A DNA stretch of 45,742 nucleotides, from the IMG/VR virus record IMGVR_UViG_3300009085_001438; one strand, given 5' to 3'. A program made the position numbers and the translations under genes. This document shows, one piece after another, positions 8,845 to 17,908 of the stretch. Within the stretch, counting starts at the first letter, position 1, and every line of letters begins with the position of its first letter. The stretch is from a virus. The notes beneath the pieces are model-generated. The model saw only the letters and a list, made by a program, of their open reading frames with translations, was not told where the DNA came from and searched no databases.

Positions 8845-9045
8845 CTACACCTTAGCTACCCATTCAACGTTTTCCCAACGTTCTTCAGGCCCAAATTCAT
8901 CAGGGTACCAAACGCCCCAGCGTTGCTTAATTGTTGCTCTTTCTAACCAACGAAATTCATCGTTAAGAATCATAGGTAGTAGTAAAAATTTAGTAATAAT
9001 GCGAGTATCACCTAGCTTTGGTCTAGCTTTAAGTTGATATTTCAT
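8845..9045 (-). CDS. hypothetical protein
   Basis: 66-aa ORF. Confidence 0.4.
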   Translation of the reverse strand: MKYQLKARPKLGDTRIITKFLLLPMILNDEFRWLERATIKQRWGVWYPDEFGPEERWENVEWVAKV

Positions 9046-9299
9046 GCTTTCACCCGGGCTAAATCACATGCATTTAAAAACTCACAAGTATTGCAATCAT
9101 CAGGGCAGCAAGCTTGTCTGCACTGTTCTATTAAGTTTTGCACTGCATCTGCACATTCATCATACGCTTGAATTGCATCAACACGTTGAGCTAAGTCTCT
9201 TTTCAGTACGAAATCTTGGCGCAAAGAGTTTAAGCTTTTCAGAACGCCCAAATCGTTATTCATTTTGCACTCCTTCAAGATAAACGAATTGAAACTCAT
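9042..9299 (-). CDS. Cys-rich hypothetical protein
   Basis: 85 aa with multiple Cys (CRQACCPDDCNTCEFLNAC). Confidence 0.4.
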   Translation of the reverse strand: MSFNSFILKECKMNNDLGVLKSLNSLRQDFVLKRDLAQRVDAIQAYDECADAVQNLIEQCRQACCPDDCNTCEFLNACDLARVKA

Positions 9300-9573
9300 A
9301 GCTTATTTGATAACTTAACGGCTTAAATGTTTCAAAAAAACATTTCGTTTCATCTATGAGATCCCATACACCGCACTCGTCTTCCACAAACAAAGTACCT
9401 TTAACGGCTACGGTTTTTTTGATTTCATTGAAACAGAGCTCAAATGGAGTGTTTTGAAAATAAATGCATTGGCACGTTGTAAAGCTTGGCGTATTTTTAG
9501 CAAAAAGCACTTTAACACAACTAAACAGCAAGATACATGCAACTAAAAGATTAATGATTTTTTTCTTTTGCAT
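9256..9573 (-). CDS. secreted or lipoprotein-like hypothetical protein
   Basis: N-terminal MQKKKIINLLVACILLFSCVKVLFA looks like a signal peptide with a lipobox-like LFSC. Confidence 0.45.
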   Translation of the reverse strand: MQKKKIINLLVACILLFSCVKVLFAKNTPSFTTCQCIYFQNTPFELCFNEIKKTVAVKGTLFVEDECGVWDLIDETKCFFETFKPLSYQISYEFQFVYLEGVQNE

Positions 9574-9591
9574 ATTAACTTCTATCCTTAG

Positions 9592-10485
9592 TTAGGTTGT
9601 TTTTTCTCTATTCCTTTTTGCTAGAGTTTCAAAGTGTGCTGCTTCTAACGCATTCGTTTTCTCCTTCTTACTGCATCTCCAACATACGCTTTGCACCTCC
9701 CCGTGTCTCTTTGTTCTCATAAAATTGCGCTTTGGTTGCTTACATATAGGACAAATACCTGTTAACATATTTCTCGTTACCTTTTGATCTGAGTCTAGCA
9801 CGTACTCATCTATAGCTTGTATTAGTTGTTTAACCTGCTCCGAAGTAAATGCTTCTTTTCGTTTCGTGCATCTACTAACTTGCCAATGTTTAATATAGAT
9901 TTGCTCCGCTTGTTTTACATAATCAAATACTTGGCAATAGCCAAGAGGTAGGGTTTTAAATCTAATGCTCTTATTTTTTGCAAGTACCGTTTGCAAAATA
10001 CGCTGCTCAAACACAACAGTGTTTAAATCATTAGCTTCAATCCATTGATCTATTAAAGATTTTACATTTGCATTGTTTGCAAAATACAACGTACCACTTA
10101 AAAGATGGTTAATGTGATTGATAAAAGCTGCAATATCAACTTGCATACCACTCAAAGTATCAAATAATTCTGGGTAACACTCCACCGTCGCATCAGCATC
10201 TAAAAAGACAACCGGGGTATTCACTCTGCTAAGAGCACGTTTTATAAAACGTGCTTTATAATCCGTGCAAGCTTTCCAGCTACCTAAATTAGGAATACCT
10301 TCAATATAGTAACTTAGTGGTAAAGCTTTTAAACTAGCTAATAACCGATATACAGCATCAATATACTCTTTTTCAAAGGTAAAATAGGAAATAATCGTAA
10401 ATTTAGCATTATCATTTCTGCGCGAAAATACATTAATCATTGTAGTATTGCTCTTTAATGTTACCATTTTTATGGGATACTGCAT
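9592..10485 (-). CDS. putative nucleotide-sugar glycosyltransferase (DxD) with C-terminal zinc finger
   Basis: VVFLDADATVECYPELF is a DxD motif. C-terminal CPICKQ...CWRCSKKEK forms a zinc ribbon. Confidence 0.45.
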   Translation of the reverse strand: MQYPIKMVTLKSNTTMINVFSRRNDNAKFTIISYFTFEKEYIDAVYRLLASLKALPLSYYIEGIPNLGSWKACTDYKARFIKRALSRVNTPVVFLDADATVECYPELFDTLSGMQVDIAAFINHINHLLSGTLYFANNANVKSLIDQWIEANDLNTVVFEQRILQTVLAKNKSIRFKTLPLGYCQVFDYVKQAEQIYIKHWQVSRCTKRKEAFTSEQVKQLIQAIDEYVLDSDQKVTRNMLTGICPICKQPKRNFMRTKRHGEVQSVCWRCSKKEKTNALEAAHFETLAKRNREKTT

Positions 10486-10792
10486 GCATAAAAATAGTGT
10501 CGATAAGTAATAGAATCGTTGTTAAAGGAGCTAAGCAGTTAAGAACTTTCATATATTCTAGAGTGCCTAACATGGGTTCCAAAAAGCGCTTACAGACTAG
10601 CCAACCTACCACTATCCAAACTGTAACAGTCCATACAGATAATATGAGTGCTGTAATAGTAAACCAAGGTTTTACCGGCCTGCATTTACCCAGTCTTTCT
10701 TCTGCGCGTATAAGGCTATACCGGCCTGCACCAATAATCAAACTAATAAATGCTACCAATAATAAAATTTGACTTGAAACATTTGAAAGCAT
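10433..10792 (-). CDS. membrane protein (multi-TM)
   Basis: 119 aa carrying three hydrophobic helices. Confidence 0.4.
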   Translation of the reverse strand: MLSNVSSQILLLVAFISLIIGAGRYSLIRAEERLGKCRPVKPWFTITALILSVWTVTVWIVVGWLVCKRFLEPMLGTLEYMKVLNCLAPLTTILLLIDTIFMHAVSHKNGNIKEQYYND

Positions 10793-10803
10793 GCGTTTCT
10801 CCT

Positions 10804-11004
10804 TTATTTTTTACGAGCGTTGCCTGGGCTAGCATAACCGGAATTAGCCCAACCTTCTCCTTGGAGTATAAAAGAAGCAGCTGCAATTAACCGTTCAATT
10901 TCTGTACCTTCACATTTTGGACAAATAGTAAGTTTTGGTTCCGTGACTTGTTGCACTACCTCAAATATACCGCATTGTTTGCATTGGTAGTCATATGTTG
11001 GCAT
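10804..11004 (-). CDS. FmdB-family zinc-ribbon protein
   Basis: MPTYDYQCKQCGIFEV...CPKCEG is the typical FmdB regulatory zinc-ribbon architecture. Confidence 0.55.
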   Translation of the reverse strand: MPTYDYQCKQCGIFEVVQQVTEPKLTICPKCEGTEIERLIAAASFILQGEGWANSGYASPGNARKK

Positions 11005-11020
11005 ATTTGACCCTTTCCTT

Positions 11021-11275
11021 TTAATGAGAAATGATGCGGGGAGGTGCAGAGTGATAAGTCTGTTGAGCTAAGCTTATTGCTGCTTTCTGAGTCGACACAC
11101 ACTGTGTGCAATAGTGCAGTTCATTAAGCACTCCCCAAATACCTAGTCTTCGTCCATGTATTTGAACCATCCAGCCGGGTTCCCTGCGAAATTCCCTGCG
11201 GCAATTACAGCACACTTTCCAAAGAAACCACGGCCAAATTTTTTTAGCTGTAAAATATGGATCACTTCGTTTCAT
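11021..11275 (-). CDS. Cys-rich hypothetical protein
   Basis: 84 aa with CCNCRRE...CTQC. Confidence 0.35.
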   Translation of the reverse strand: MKRSDPYFTAKKIWPWFLWKVCCNCRREFRREPGWMVQIHGRRLGIWGVLNELHYCTQCVSTQKAAISLAQQTYHSAPPRIISH

Positions 11276-11571
11276 AAATGGACCGTTTTTTCTGTGTTAA
11301 TGGTGTATTTACCTGCACTACTCACCGTGACTGTGGCTTCTCCATTTTGAATTGTTACCGTAAACTGTAAGTTTAAATTAAGTAGCTCTGCAATATCTAT
11401 GCATTCTTCAACTGTTAAACTTTTACAGCCGCCTCGCATTTCCAGAGCAATTGGTATTACATTAAGGTGCGAACAGACAAAAGACTCACCTAATTCATCA
11501 ATTGCTTTATCAATGTGTGGTTGTAATGCTTTCGCTATTCGTTCTTTTAAAATACATTTACTGTTGTCCAT
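11272..11571 (-). CDS. hypothetical protein
   Basis: 99-aa ORF. Confidence 0.4.
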   Translation of the reverse strand: MDNSKCILKERIAKALQPHIDKAIDELGESFVCSHLNVIPIALEMRGGCKSLTVEECIDIAELLNLNLQFTVTIQNGEATVTVSSAGKYTINTEKTVHL

Positions 11572-11581
11572 AAAATCTCCT

Positions 11582-12169
11582 TCATGCTGCTGTCCAACCT
11601 ACCTTTTTATCTATATTTACAAAGGTTGCGGGTTGAAAATCAAAATAAGGCATGAGTTTTTTCAGCTCCTCTTTGTAATCGAGCAGTAACTTATCATAGC
11701 TTATTGTGCCTACGTTACATGCAGCAAGGTTAAGCCAAGAATCTACATGTCTTTGATGAAAAGTGCTTGGCACATCCATCACACGCCGAAATAAGGAGTC
11801 CACTTGTATAACTTCTGTTTCATCTACTAATGTGCTTCTTTTTGCAAGTACACCTGCTCCTTGATTAGCAGTCCACATATCGCAATACCTTGTTGTTAAG
11901 AACTGCTCAAAACTCTCAGCTTGCAATCCGAAGCGTCTCCTCATAACCCAAACGGATTTTGCTACATTCTCAAACACACGATATGTATATACAAATAAAG
12001 TATTAGCGTGAGATTGCACTAGCTGCTCTGCTGCTTCACCCCAGCGGTGCCCTCCATAAAACTGAACATAGTTAGATGTGTCAAAAAAATTAGCAGCAAT
12101 TAGTGCTGCTAGATAATGACTTCCGGATCTAGGATGAGACATAACTTGTACATTAGCGTAAGTTCTCAT
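11582..12169 (-). CDS. sulfotransferase-family protein
   Basis: MSHPRSGSHYL matches the sulfotransferase 5'-PSB loop (PRSGS[TH]). A downstream R....S block resembles the 3'-PB motif. Confidence 0.5.
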   Translation of the reverse strand: MRTYANVQVMSHPRSGSHYLAALIAANFFDTSNYVQFYGGHRWGEAAEQLVQSHANTLFVYTYRVFENVAKSVWVMRRRFGLQAESFEQFLTTRYCDMWTANQGAGVLAKRSTLVDETEVIQVDSLFRRVMDVPSTFHQRHVDSWLNLAACNVGTISYDKLLLDYKEELKKLMPYFDFQPATFVNIDKKVGWTAA

Positions 12170-12549
12170 AGTGCTTTCTCTTTAAGAATGAACTTTTCTT
12201 TCAAGGCTTCAATAAGAGTAAAAAATTTAGCGTGAGTTGCATAATTATAATTTAGCTGAACAGCGTCATCCAAATCAAACGCCTTCTTTAGAGTTTTGAT
12301 AAGAATGTCCAGTTGCGAGTGTAAGTACTGTTCTAATAGGGGGCTTCTTCCGCCCGCCACCTCATCCCACAAACTCGTATATATCAATTTTTTGACCATA
12401 CTCCTATCTGAGTAGTTAACCCGCAATACAGCTACAATCAACTCACAAAGAGCTTCAAGAAATTTTTCTTCATAATTTTCTTCACAGAAGCATCCTGTGC
12501 CTGGCCTATAGAAATCCATATCTTCCTTTCTTACGTGCACGCCCACCAA
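12166..12549 (-). CDS. hypothetical protein
   Basis: 127-aa ORF. Confidence 0.4.
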   Translation of the reverse strand: MVGVHVRKEDMDFYRPGTGCFCEENYEEKFLEALCELIVAVLRVNYSDRSMVKKLIYTSLWDEVAGGRSPLLEQYLHSQLDILIKTLKKAFDLDDAVQLNYNYATHAKFFTLIEALKEKFILKEKAL

Positions 12550-12791
12550 AATCTTGTTTCAAGCTCTTGATTTGCTGCAAGCCATCTTTGCACTGCATCT
12601 TCTCCATCGCAAGCTTTGCACACTAAAAAATTGCCATAAGCACTACTATGCACCCAACGCCAAATGTCTCCAACTGCAAATGGGTGTCCGCAAAGATAGC
12701 ATTTAAATCGCTTACCCCTAGCCACTCCGCCCCAGGGAGCGTGGAGATCTGCTTCGGTTGCAATTCTAGGTTTTTGATCAGTGAAACTCAT
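12531..12791 (-). CDS. Cys/His-rich hypothetical protein
   Basis: 86 aa with CYLCGHPF...CKACDG. Confidence 0.4.
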   Translation of the reverse strand: MSFTDQKPRIATEADLHAPWGGVARGKRFKCYLCGHPFAVGDIWRWVHSSAYGNFLVCKACDGEDAVQRWLAANQELETRFWWACT

Positions 12792-12792
12792 A

Positions 12793-12972
12793 TTAATGCC
12801 AAGCTCCGCAGGCGCAGGGTCCTTTAGTCACATCGCAGTGCCCCCCAAACCTTCCCTCTAATTCTTCCATTTTTAATGGATCAACTGCCCCATTTTCATC
12901 AGTTGCATACGCTAGCACATCATTAAAGGTGTTACCTACGGTTTCTTTTTTTGATGCATCATCTTTACTCAT
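12793..12972 (-). CDS. hypothetical protein
   Basis: Likely start at MSKDDASKKE, preceded by AAAGGAG. Confidence 0.35.
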   Translation of the reverse strand: MSKDDASKKETVGNTFNDVLAYATDENGAVDPLKMEELEGRFGGHCDVTKGPCACGAWH

Positions 12973-12974
12973 TC

Positions 12975-13562
12975 TTATTCTCCTTTCAAGAGTCTGAATT
13001 GAGCTAATGACTCTAATAGCTCTAATTGACTTAAACACTCTTCCATAGTGGAGCCCACTGACACCACTCCATGAAAAGGGATTACAATTAGCGGTTGCTC
13101 TTTGAGTGCATGCAGGAACGCCATACTCCTTATAGTTTCTCCATAATCTTCTAGAATTTGAATCTTAGGCAATAACCATTTCGTTTCATGATTGTATGGG
13201 ACCAAATTAGCACTATTTTTGCTGTTCTCACTAAAATACATGGTAGTGTAAGGAGGATGTGCATGAATAACAACACACGGCGTGCCCCACTTCTTATGAA
13301 TTTCACAGTGCATGGGAGTCTCTGCAGAGGGTTTGAAATCACTTCTATATGCAGGAATCGTTCCATCTAACGTGACCTTACCAATATCTTCTACAACTTT
13401 TAAAAAGCCTAAATGACTCCCGGATCGTGTAATGTAGATTTGTGGTTCCGCATTTCCTTGTATGTGTAGAGGCACTGAACAAGATATATTGCCTCCTGTA
13501 GAGAGTACTAAGCGTCTCTCATATAGCGTCTTTCCCAGTTCTACTAAATTGCCACCCATCAT
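12975..13562 (-). CDS. class II aldolase/adducin-family protein (FucA / ribulose-5-P 4-epimerase / MTRu-1-P dehydratase fold)
   Basis: STGGNISCSV..., VVIHAHPPYTT (the HxH metal site) and VIPFHGVVSVGSTMEE align with FucA GTAGNVSVR, VVHNHAVHCT and LLQHHGLIACEVNLE. Confidence 0.7.
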   Translation of the reverse strand: MMGGNLVELGKTLYERRLVLSTGGNISCSVPLHIQGNAEPQIYITRSGSHLGFLKVVEDIGKVTLDGTIPAYRSDFKPSAETPMHCEIHKKWGTPCVVIHAHPPYTTMYFSENSKNSANLVPYNHETKWLLPKIQILEDYGETIRSMAFLHALKEQPLIVIPFHGVVSVGSTMEECLSQLELLESLAQFRLLKGE

Positions 13563-13667
13563 TTGCTTACCCTCTTAGTTTAGACTCGTAATACCATTTT
13601 ACAATTAACCATACAACACCCCACACAACAAGAACAGCTGCATGAACGCACGCCACCTCTAAAATAC

Positions 13668-14081
13668 TCACGTTTGAAGAAATGCACATGCAGCACACTC
13701 ACATCTATGTTTCTTTTTTGTACACGCATACCACACTAGTGCACTAGCTAAACTGATAACAACTGTACCAAATACCCACCAAGGTACCACACCACACTGT
13801 GCGCATAGAATTAATGCTCCAAAACCGCAAAGCTTTAATAAGCAAAAAAGAAGCCCGAATTTTACATACGGCACTGGCACATTAAATGCAGGTGATAGCT
13901 TGTCTGCATACTGATAAGCTTTTTTAATTTCTCGACCGAGCTCTGTGTTGATTTCTTGGTTTAAGGCTACACGCTCAAGCCACACCTTACACTCATCTTT
14001 TATTAAATCCGGGGTTAATTCGTACTCTTCATAAAATTGACCTAAATAATAAATGAGAGCTAATTTATCTCTTTGCGTCAT
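13668..14081 (-). CDS. membrane protein
   Basis: 137 aa with a hydrophobic C-terminal half (LLFCLLKLCGFGALILCAQCGVVPWWVFGTVVISLASALVWY). Confidence 0.4.
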   Translation of the reverse strand: MTQRDKLALIYYLGQFYEEYELTPDLIKDECKVWLERVALNQEINTELGREIKKAYQYADKLSPAFNVPVPYVKFGLLFCLLKLCGFGALILCAQCGVVPWWVFGTVVISLASALVWYACTKKKHRCECAACAFLQT

Positions 14082-14437
14082 TTAGGCAGCTCCTCTAGGA
14101 TGAATGCACCTTTTATCTCTAGTTTGACTGCAACTGTTTTTATCTTGCGGTACCAGCTGTGCGCGGGCACATAAGGTCTTTTACAAAGCCAAGATGTTTT
14201 AATGTATTTTGGTTCAATGTGGGCTAATTCTTTAGGGTCCTCAATGCTATCAAAGGTACACCCCCATTGAACTTCTTCAGCCGTCATCTCTACCATGCTT
14301 TCTTCTGGAGATTTAAATAACAGAATGTTTTGAAAGTGGCGTTCTGTTGAACCTGCGCCCGCTGGTAACTCTCTTAAAACAGCAAACCCATCACGAATAA
14401 AAAACTCGGCATTGTCTATTACTTTAGAGTGCTTCAT
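14078..14437 (-). CDS. hypothetical protein
   Basis: 119-aa ORF. Confidence 0.4.
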   Translation of the reverse strand: MKHSKVIDNAEFFIRDGFAVLRELPAGAGSTERHFQNILLFKSPEESMVEMTAEEVQWGCTFDSIEDPKELAHIEPKYIKTSWLCKRPYVPAHSWYRKIKTVAVKLEIKGAFILEELPK

Positions 14438-14442
14438 GTAAT

Positions 14443-15012
14443 TTATCCCTTAAGGCTTTCTGTAATATGTTTATCCACAGCTCCTTCATTGGTATTGTAT
14501 CCACCTGCGTATATCCCAGCCTTTTCACTGGCACTAATCACAAATTGACCTGCACAAGCTCCCACTTCAAGAATCACTGGACCGTTCAAAACATAAATAA
14601 GCCCGTTCACATGACCTTTAAACCCGGAATCATACAAACCACTCGTTACTAAAACACCGTTACGATTCAAACTGGACCTAGTTTGTACCCATCCTGCAAA
14701 CCCTTCAGGCATTTCCACATAAAGATCCGTTGTGTAATCATATACTCCAAGCTTTAAGTACCAACTTCTGTAATCCGCTGTTATCTCCTTTTTATCTGGA
14801 GTCGTGCCTATTACAAGTCTTCTTACATGAGGCTGTACTAGCTTACGTGGCCTATGCTTCTTATCCTTTGCAGTAATAATACACGTAGAATTTGAATCTA
14901 ACTCATACAACGCATGTACCGGAATATCTATGCCATTTGGTTGAATTTGTGCATCTTTGATATTACCTCTCAACCAACCTTCAACTATTGCTTTTTTTGG
15001 ATTTATAAACAT
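14443..15012 (-). CDS. dcd: dCTP deaminase / dUTPase-superfamily protein
   Basis: MFINPKKAIVEGWLRGNIKDAQIQPNGIDIPV aligns with E. coli Dcd [35 protein letters not shown]. Downstream TRSSLNRNGVLV matches GRSSLARLGLMV. Start placed at the internal Met matching the Dcd N-terminus. Confidence 0.7.
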   Translation of the reverse strand: MFINPKKAIVEGWLRGNIKDAQIQPNGIDIPVHALYELDSNSTCIITAKDKKHRPRKLVQPHVRRLVIGTTPDKKEITADYRSWYLKLGVYDYTTDLYVEMPEGFAGWVQTRSSLNRNGVLVTSGLYDSGFKGHVNGLIYVLNGPVILEVGACAGQFVISASEKAGIYAGGYNTNEGAVDKHITESLKG

Positions 15013-15523
15013 GTGACTTACCCTGCTTTCTTCGTGCTTTACGTAAAAAATACAAATCTCCAATTACTTTTATTTCCATAAAAACAAAAACAAATAAAAC
15101 ACTAAATGTTGAATGCACAGCTAGCTGTAAGAGAAAAAATGCAATTACAAGAGAATGCCAAAACACTGCAGTACTTAATACCATTTGGAGTAAGAGTTTG
15201 CACCTGTCTGCCAATTGCAAGCATACATTCCTTTACTAAAAAGCTTGTCTAATTCCTGTAATAAATTTTATATAACAACAATTGACCTCTGTAACAGTGC
15301 CGGCTTCTCTCTCGATAATCCCGCAAAGCTCATCCTCCCTGACTGTTCTAGTCCATTCAATCCTTTAACGTGTAACATAATTACTTCTCCTGCTTACTTA
15401 TTATTGTGCTGATTTTCACACGCTTCACAGGTGCACTCTACGCATAGCACTGCACCACACTTTTCACACACACATACGTATCAGCTTCTTCCACTTCTTC
15501 TAAGCAATTACTGCAAATTTCCA

Positions 15524-16165
15524 TCAGATTCCTTTCTCGGATATAGCATTTTTAACGTTTTCGTAAAACTCTAACTTTGCATGATCTTCCTTGTCCAAAA
15601 ATGCCCCGGAGAGCTTAGTGGTTTTCATTACGCTAGGGTGTTCCACACCTCGCAATTTAACACACAAATGCTGAGCTGAAATATGCACTGCTACCCCGAG
15701 ATTGCCCTCACACACTTTATCAATGTATTGATGAATTTGCATTGTGAGTTCTTCTTGAATTTGAGGTCTTCTTGCAAACCACTCCACTATTCTATTTATT
15801 TTACTTAACCCAATCACTTTACTATCTGGCGTAGGTATGTAAGCTACATACGCGTGGCCAAAAAAACTCACATGGTGGTGTGCACAAAAACTATTCACTG
15901 TAATATTACCTTGAAACACCATACCATCATAGTGATTCATATTATCAAAAGCTGTAATAACAGGAGGTGTTGTGTAGCATCCTTGGGCGATTTCATTAAG
16001 CCACATTTTTGCAACCCGCTTAGGTGTGTCTTTCATGTTTGGATCCGCTTGCCAGTTAAACCCAAGAGCATCTAAAAACTTTGCGTATGCAGCTTCAGCT
16101 AAACGCAACCTTGTTTTAATTGCTTCTTGTGAAAGTATTTCGTTGCTATTACAAAACTCTAACAC
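15524..16165 (-). CDS. folE: GTP cyclohydrolase I
   Basis: HHVSFFGHAYVAYIP...SKVIGLSKINRIVEWFARRPQIQEEL...HLCVKLRG matches the FolE core (CEHHLV..G.A.VAYIP...GLSKINRIV..FA.RPQVQE). Confidence 0.9.
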   Translation of the reverse strand: MLEFCNSNEILSQEAIKTRLRLAEAAYAKFLDALGFNWQADPNMKDTPKRVAKMWLNEIAQGCYTTPPVITAFDNMNHYDGMVFQGNITVNSFCAHHHVSFFGHAYVAYIPTPDSKVIGLSKINRIVEWFARRPQIQEELTMQIHQYIDKVCEGNLGVAVHISAQHLCVKLRGVEHPSVMKTTKLSGAFLDKEDHAKLEFYENVKNAISEKGI

Positions 16166-16176
16166 TCTTCTTCCTC

Positions 16177-17079
16177 CTACTGTCTAAGTAATTTTGCACA
16201 GTGTATCTGGTAGGCACATAAGTTGTGGTCCAACAGTTCAAAACTAGTTGCACGCACAGGGCAAATATCAATCCCACCTCGTCTCGTGTAAACAGCTGCT
16301 ACCATTAAATCCGAAGGTTTGCAATAGGTAAACAATCTTTGATAAATCATTTCTACAACTTCTTCATGAAAATGGTTTTCATTCCTGAATGAAACAATGT
16401 ACTGCAGCAAAGACAACTCAGATAATTTGTGGTAGGAACGCATGTATACAAATAACGTGCCCCAATCAGGCTGATGAGTAATTTTACAGTTGCTCCGAAG
16501 TACATTAGTTGTGCATGCAAGGATGTTTGGTGCATCTTGTTCCACGCTTTGTAATAGTGCGGGATCCTCTTTGAAAGATGTAAACTTGATGCCACCTACT
16601 CCTTCTAATTGTTCCAGCACTGTCCATTCACGTTGAAAAACAGGTGCGTTGCCTGCTTCTTCAAAATATTCCACAGCTACTCGCACCTCTAAAAGTTCAC
16701 TCAGATCCCTTCGAATACAAGCAAGCACGCCTCGCAATGCCTCATCTTTTGTAGGCCCCATCTGTGTCATGTTGAATGAATTTAAGTACAGCTTTAAGCT
16801 CTTACTCTCTACTATATACTGACTATAAGATGGGTAGACGATTTTAGCCACTCCGCTTACAGGTAAATTATTATTGGTAAGAAAACTCACTTCGTAAGCA
16901 TTCCACACATCGTACCCAATAAATGGAAGATCAGTATCCTCTATACCGTACTGCAATCTATTTTCCGAACGCGGAACGCGAACTAGAACGCTAGGATCAT
17001 ATTTTACAGGTGCGTCAACGCGTTTACCTAAAATGTGCTCTTCAGCTTTGGTGGCTGTTTTTGGTGTTGGTTTTAACAT
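16177..17079 (-). CDS. queF: NADPH-dependent 7-cyano-7-deazaguanine (preQ0) reductase, type II (two-domain)
   Basis: ESKSLKLYLNSFN (the QueF motif), SNCKITHQPDWGT (catalytic Cys / QPDW), YIVSFRNENHFHE and YTRRGGIDICP align end to end with E. coli YqcD/QueF. Confidence 0.9.
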   Translation of the reverse strand: MLKPTPKTATKAEEHILGKRVDAPVKYDPSVLVRVPRSENRLQYGIEDTDLPFIGYDVWNAYEVSFLTNNNLPVSGVAKIVYPSYSQYIVESKSLKLYLNSFNMTQMGPTKDEALRGVLACIRRDLSELLEVRVAVEYFEEAGNAPVFQREWTVLEQLEGVGGIKFTSFKEDPALLQSVEQDAPNILACTTNVLRSNCKITHQPDWGTLFVYMRSYHKLSELSLLQYIVSFRNENHFHEEVVEMIYQRLFTYCKPSDLMVAAVYTRRGGIDICPVRATSFELLDHNLCAYQIHCAKLLRQ

Positions 17080-17090
17080 AATTAATTCCT

Positions 17091-17906
17091 TTAAAAAGCT
17101 TTATAGTTTACGTATTCTCCATAATTTACAAACTCTCTGAACCGTTGTATATTGTGCATGATACGCTCTACATCTTGATTCCCTTTTGGTTCATAATTTA
17201 ACAATTCAGGTATTTTAATTGATTTCTTTTCCCATAAGCCGAAATCGTCATATTCAATTCCACAAATTCCGTGCACGATAGGTGAAGAGGTGTCTAAAGA
17301 TCTAATCCACTTATACGGAGCATAAAAACTGAACTCTCTTGGATTAGAAGCTCCTAGCAAATGATGAGGTTTTTCGGTATTTATAATGCCATCTTTAGCT
17401 AACTTACCTAATAAACCAATTCGCCCTAACATCCAGGAAATGCATTTACTAGGATGAGGGGTACTTTTCTCGTAATAACTATAATCAAAGCTAATGCCGA
17501 TCTTATCTACATGTGCATCCATGTATTTATAACATTTTACAATTTCTTCATAAGTTTTTCCTTGGACTACTCCAATCTTTTTTCCAGGTAAATTGTATTT
17601 AGCTAACCACATTTGACAGTTTTCTATAGTGCGATTACAGTCTTCAAGCACATCCGGGATAATATAGTAAGTAGGTTGAAGCTTCTCTATCCAAGAAGCA
17701 TAATTATCTCCAGAGTAAGCTTGCCCGAGCTCTTGAACGCTATTATCTAAAATCACCTCTCGCCCAAGTTTAAGACATTTACTAAAAAAGTCTCGGTACT
17801 TTGCACACTCTGAAAAGAGGTGCACAAGCGCGTAATCATAATCATTAAAATACAAGCTTGCCTCTAAGAAACTTAAAGGAGCTTCGTGGGATATCTTAAT
17901 AGACAT
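17091..17906 (-). CDS. dpdA: TGT-family (tRNA-guanine transglycosylase-like) protein lacking the zinc subdomain; DpdA-like DNA 7-deazaguanine transglycosylase candidate
   Basis: VILDNSVQELG resembles TGT LTDSGGFQ. GVVQGKTYEE resembles GIVQGGVFEN. EKPHHLLGASNP resembles DKPRYLMGVGKP. IRSLDTSSPIV resembles IDMFDCVLPT. No CxCxxC...H zinc site. Sits immediately downstream of folE-queF. Confidence 0.55.
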   Translation of the reverse strand: MSIKISHEAPLSFLEASLYFNDYDYALVHLFSECAKYRDFFSKCLKLGREVILDNSVQELGQAYSGDNYASWIEKLQPTYYIIPDVLEDCNRTIENCQMWLAKYNLPGKKIGVVQGKTYEEIVKCYKYMDAHVDKIGISFDYSYYEKSTPHPSKCISWMLGRIGLLGKLAKDGIINTEKPHHLLGASNPREFSFYAPYKWIRSLDTSSPIVHGICGIEYDDFGLWEKKSIKIPELLNYEPKGNQDVERIMHNIQRFREFVNYGEYVNYKAF

Positions 17907-17908
17907 AG

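Noticed and set aside
14981-15220. 79-aa hydrophobic ORF overlapping the dcd start
   Set aside because: It overlaps the Dcd N-terminus by up to 80 nt and has no SD. It may be a real small membrane protein but is not supported well enough to call.
17091-17906. Canonical tRNA-guanine transglycosylase (Tgt/QueTGT) for tRNA queuosine modification
   Set aside because: The protein is short (271 aa) and lacks the C-terminal CxCxxC...H zinc subdomain. Its genomic context is folE-queF in a phage, so a DNA-modifying DpdA-like role is favoured. This is not proven.
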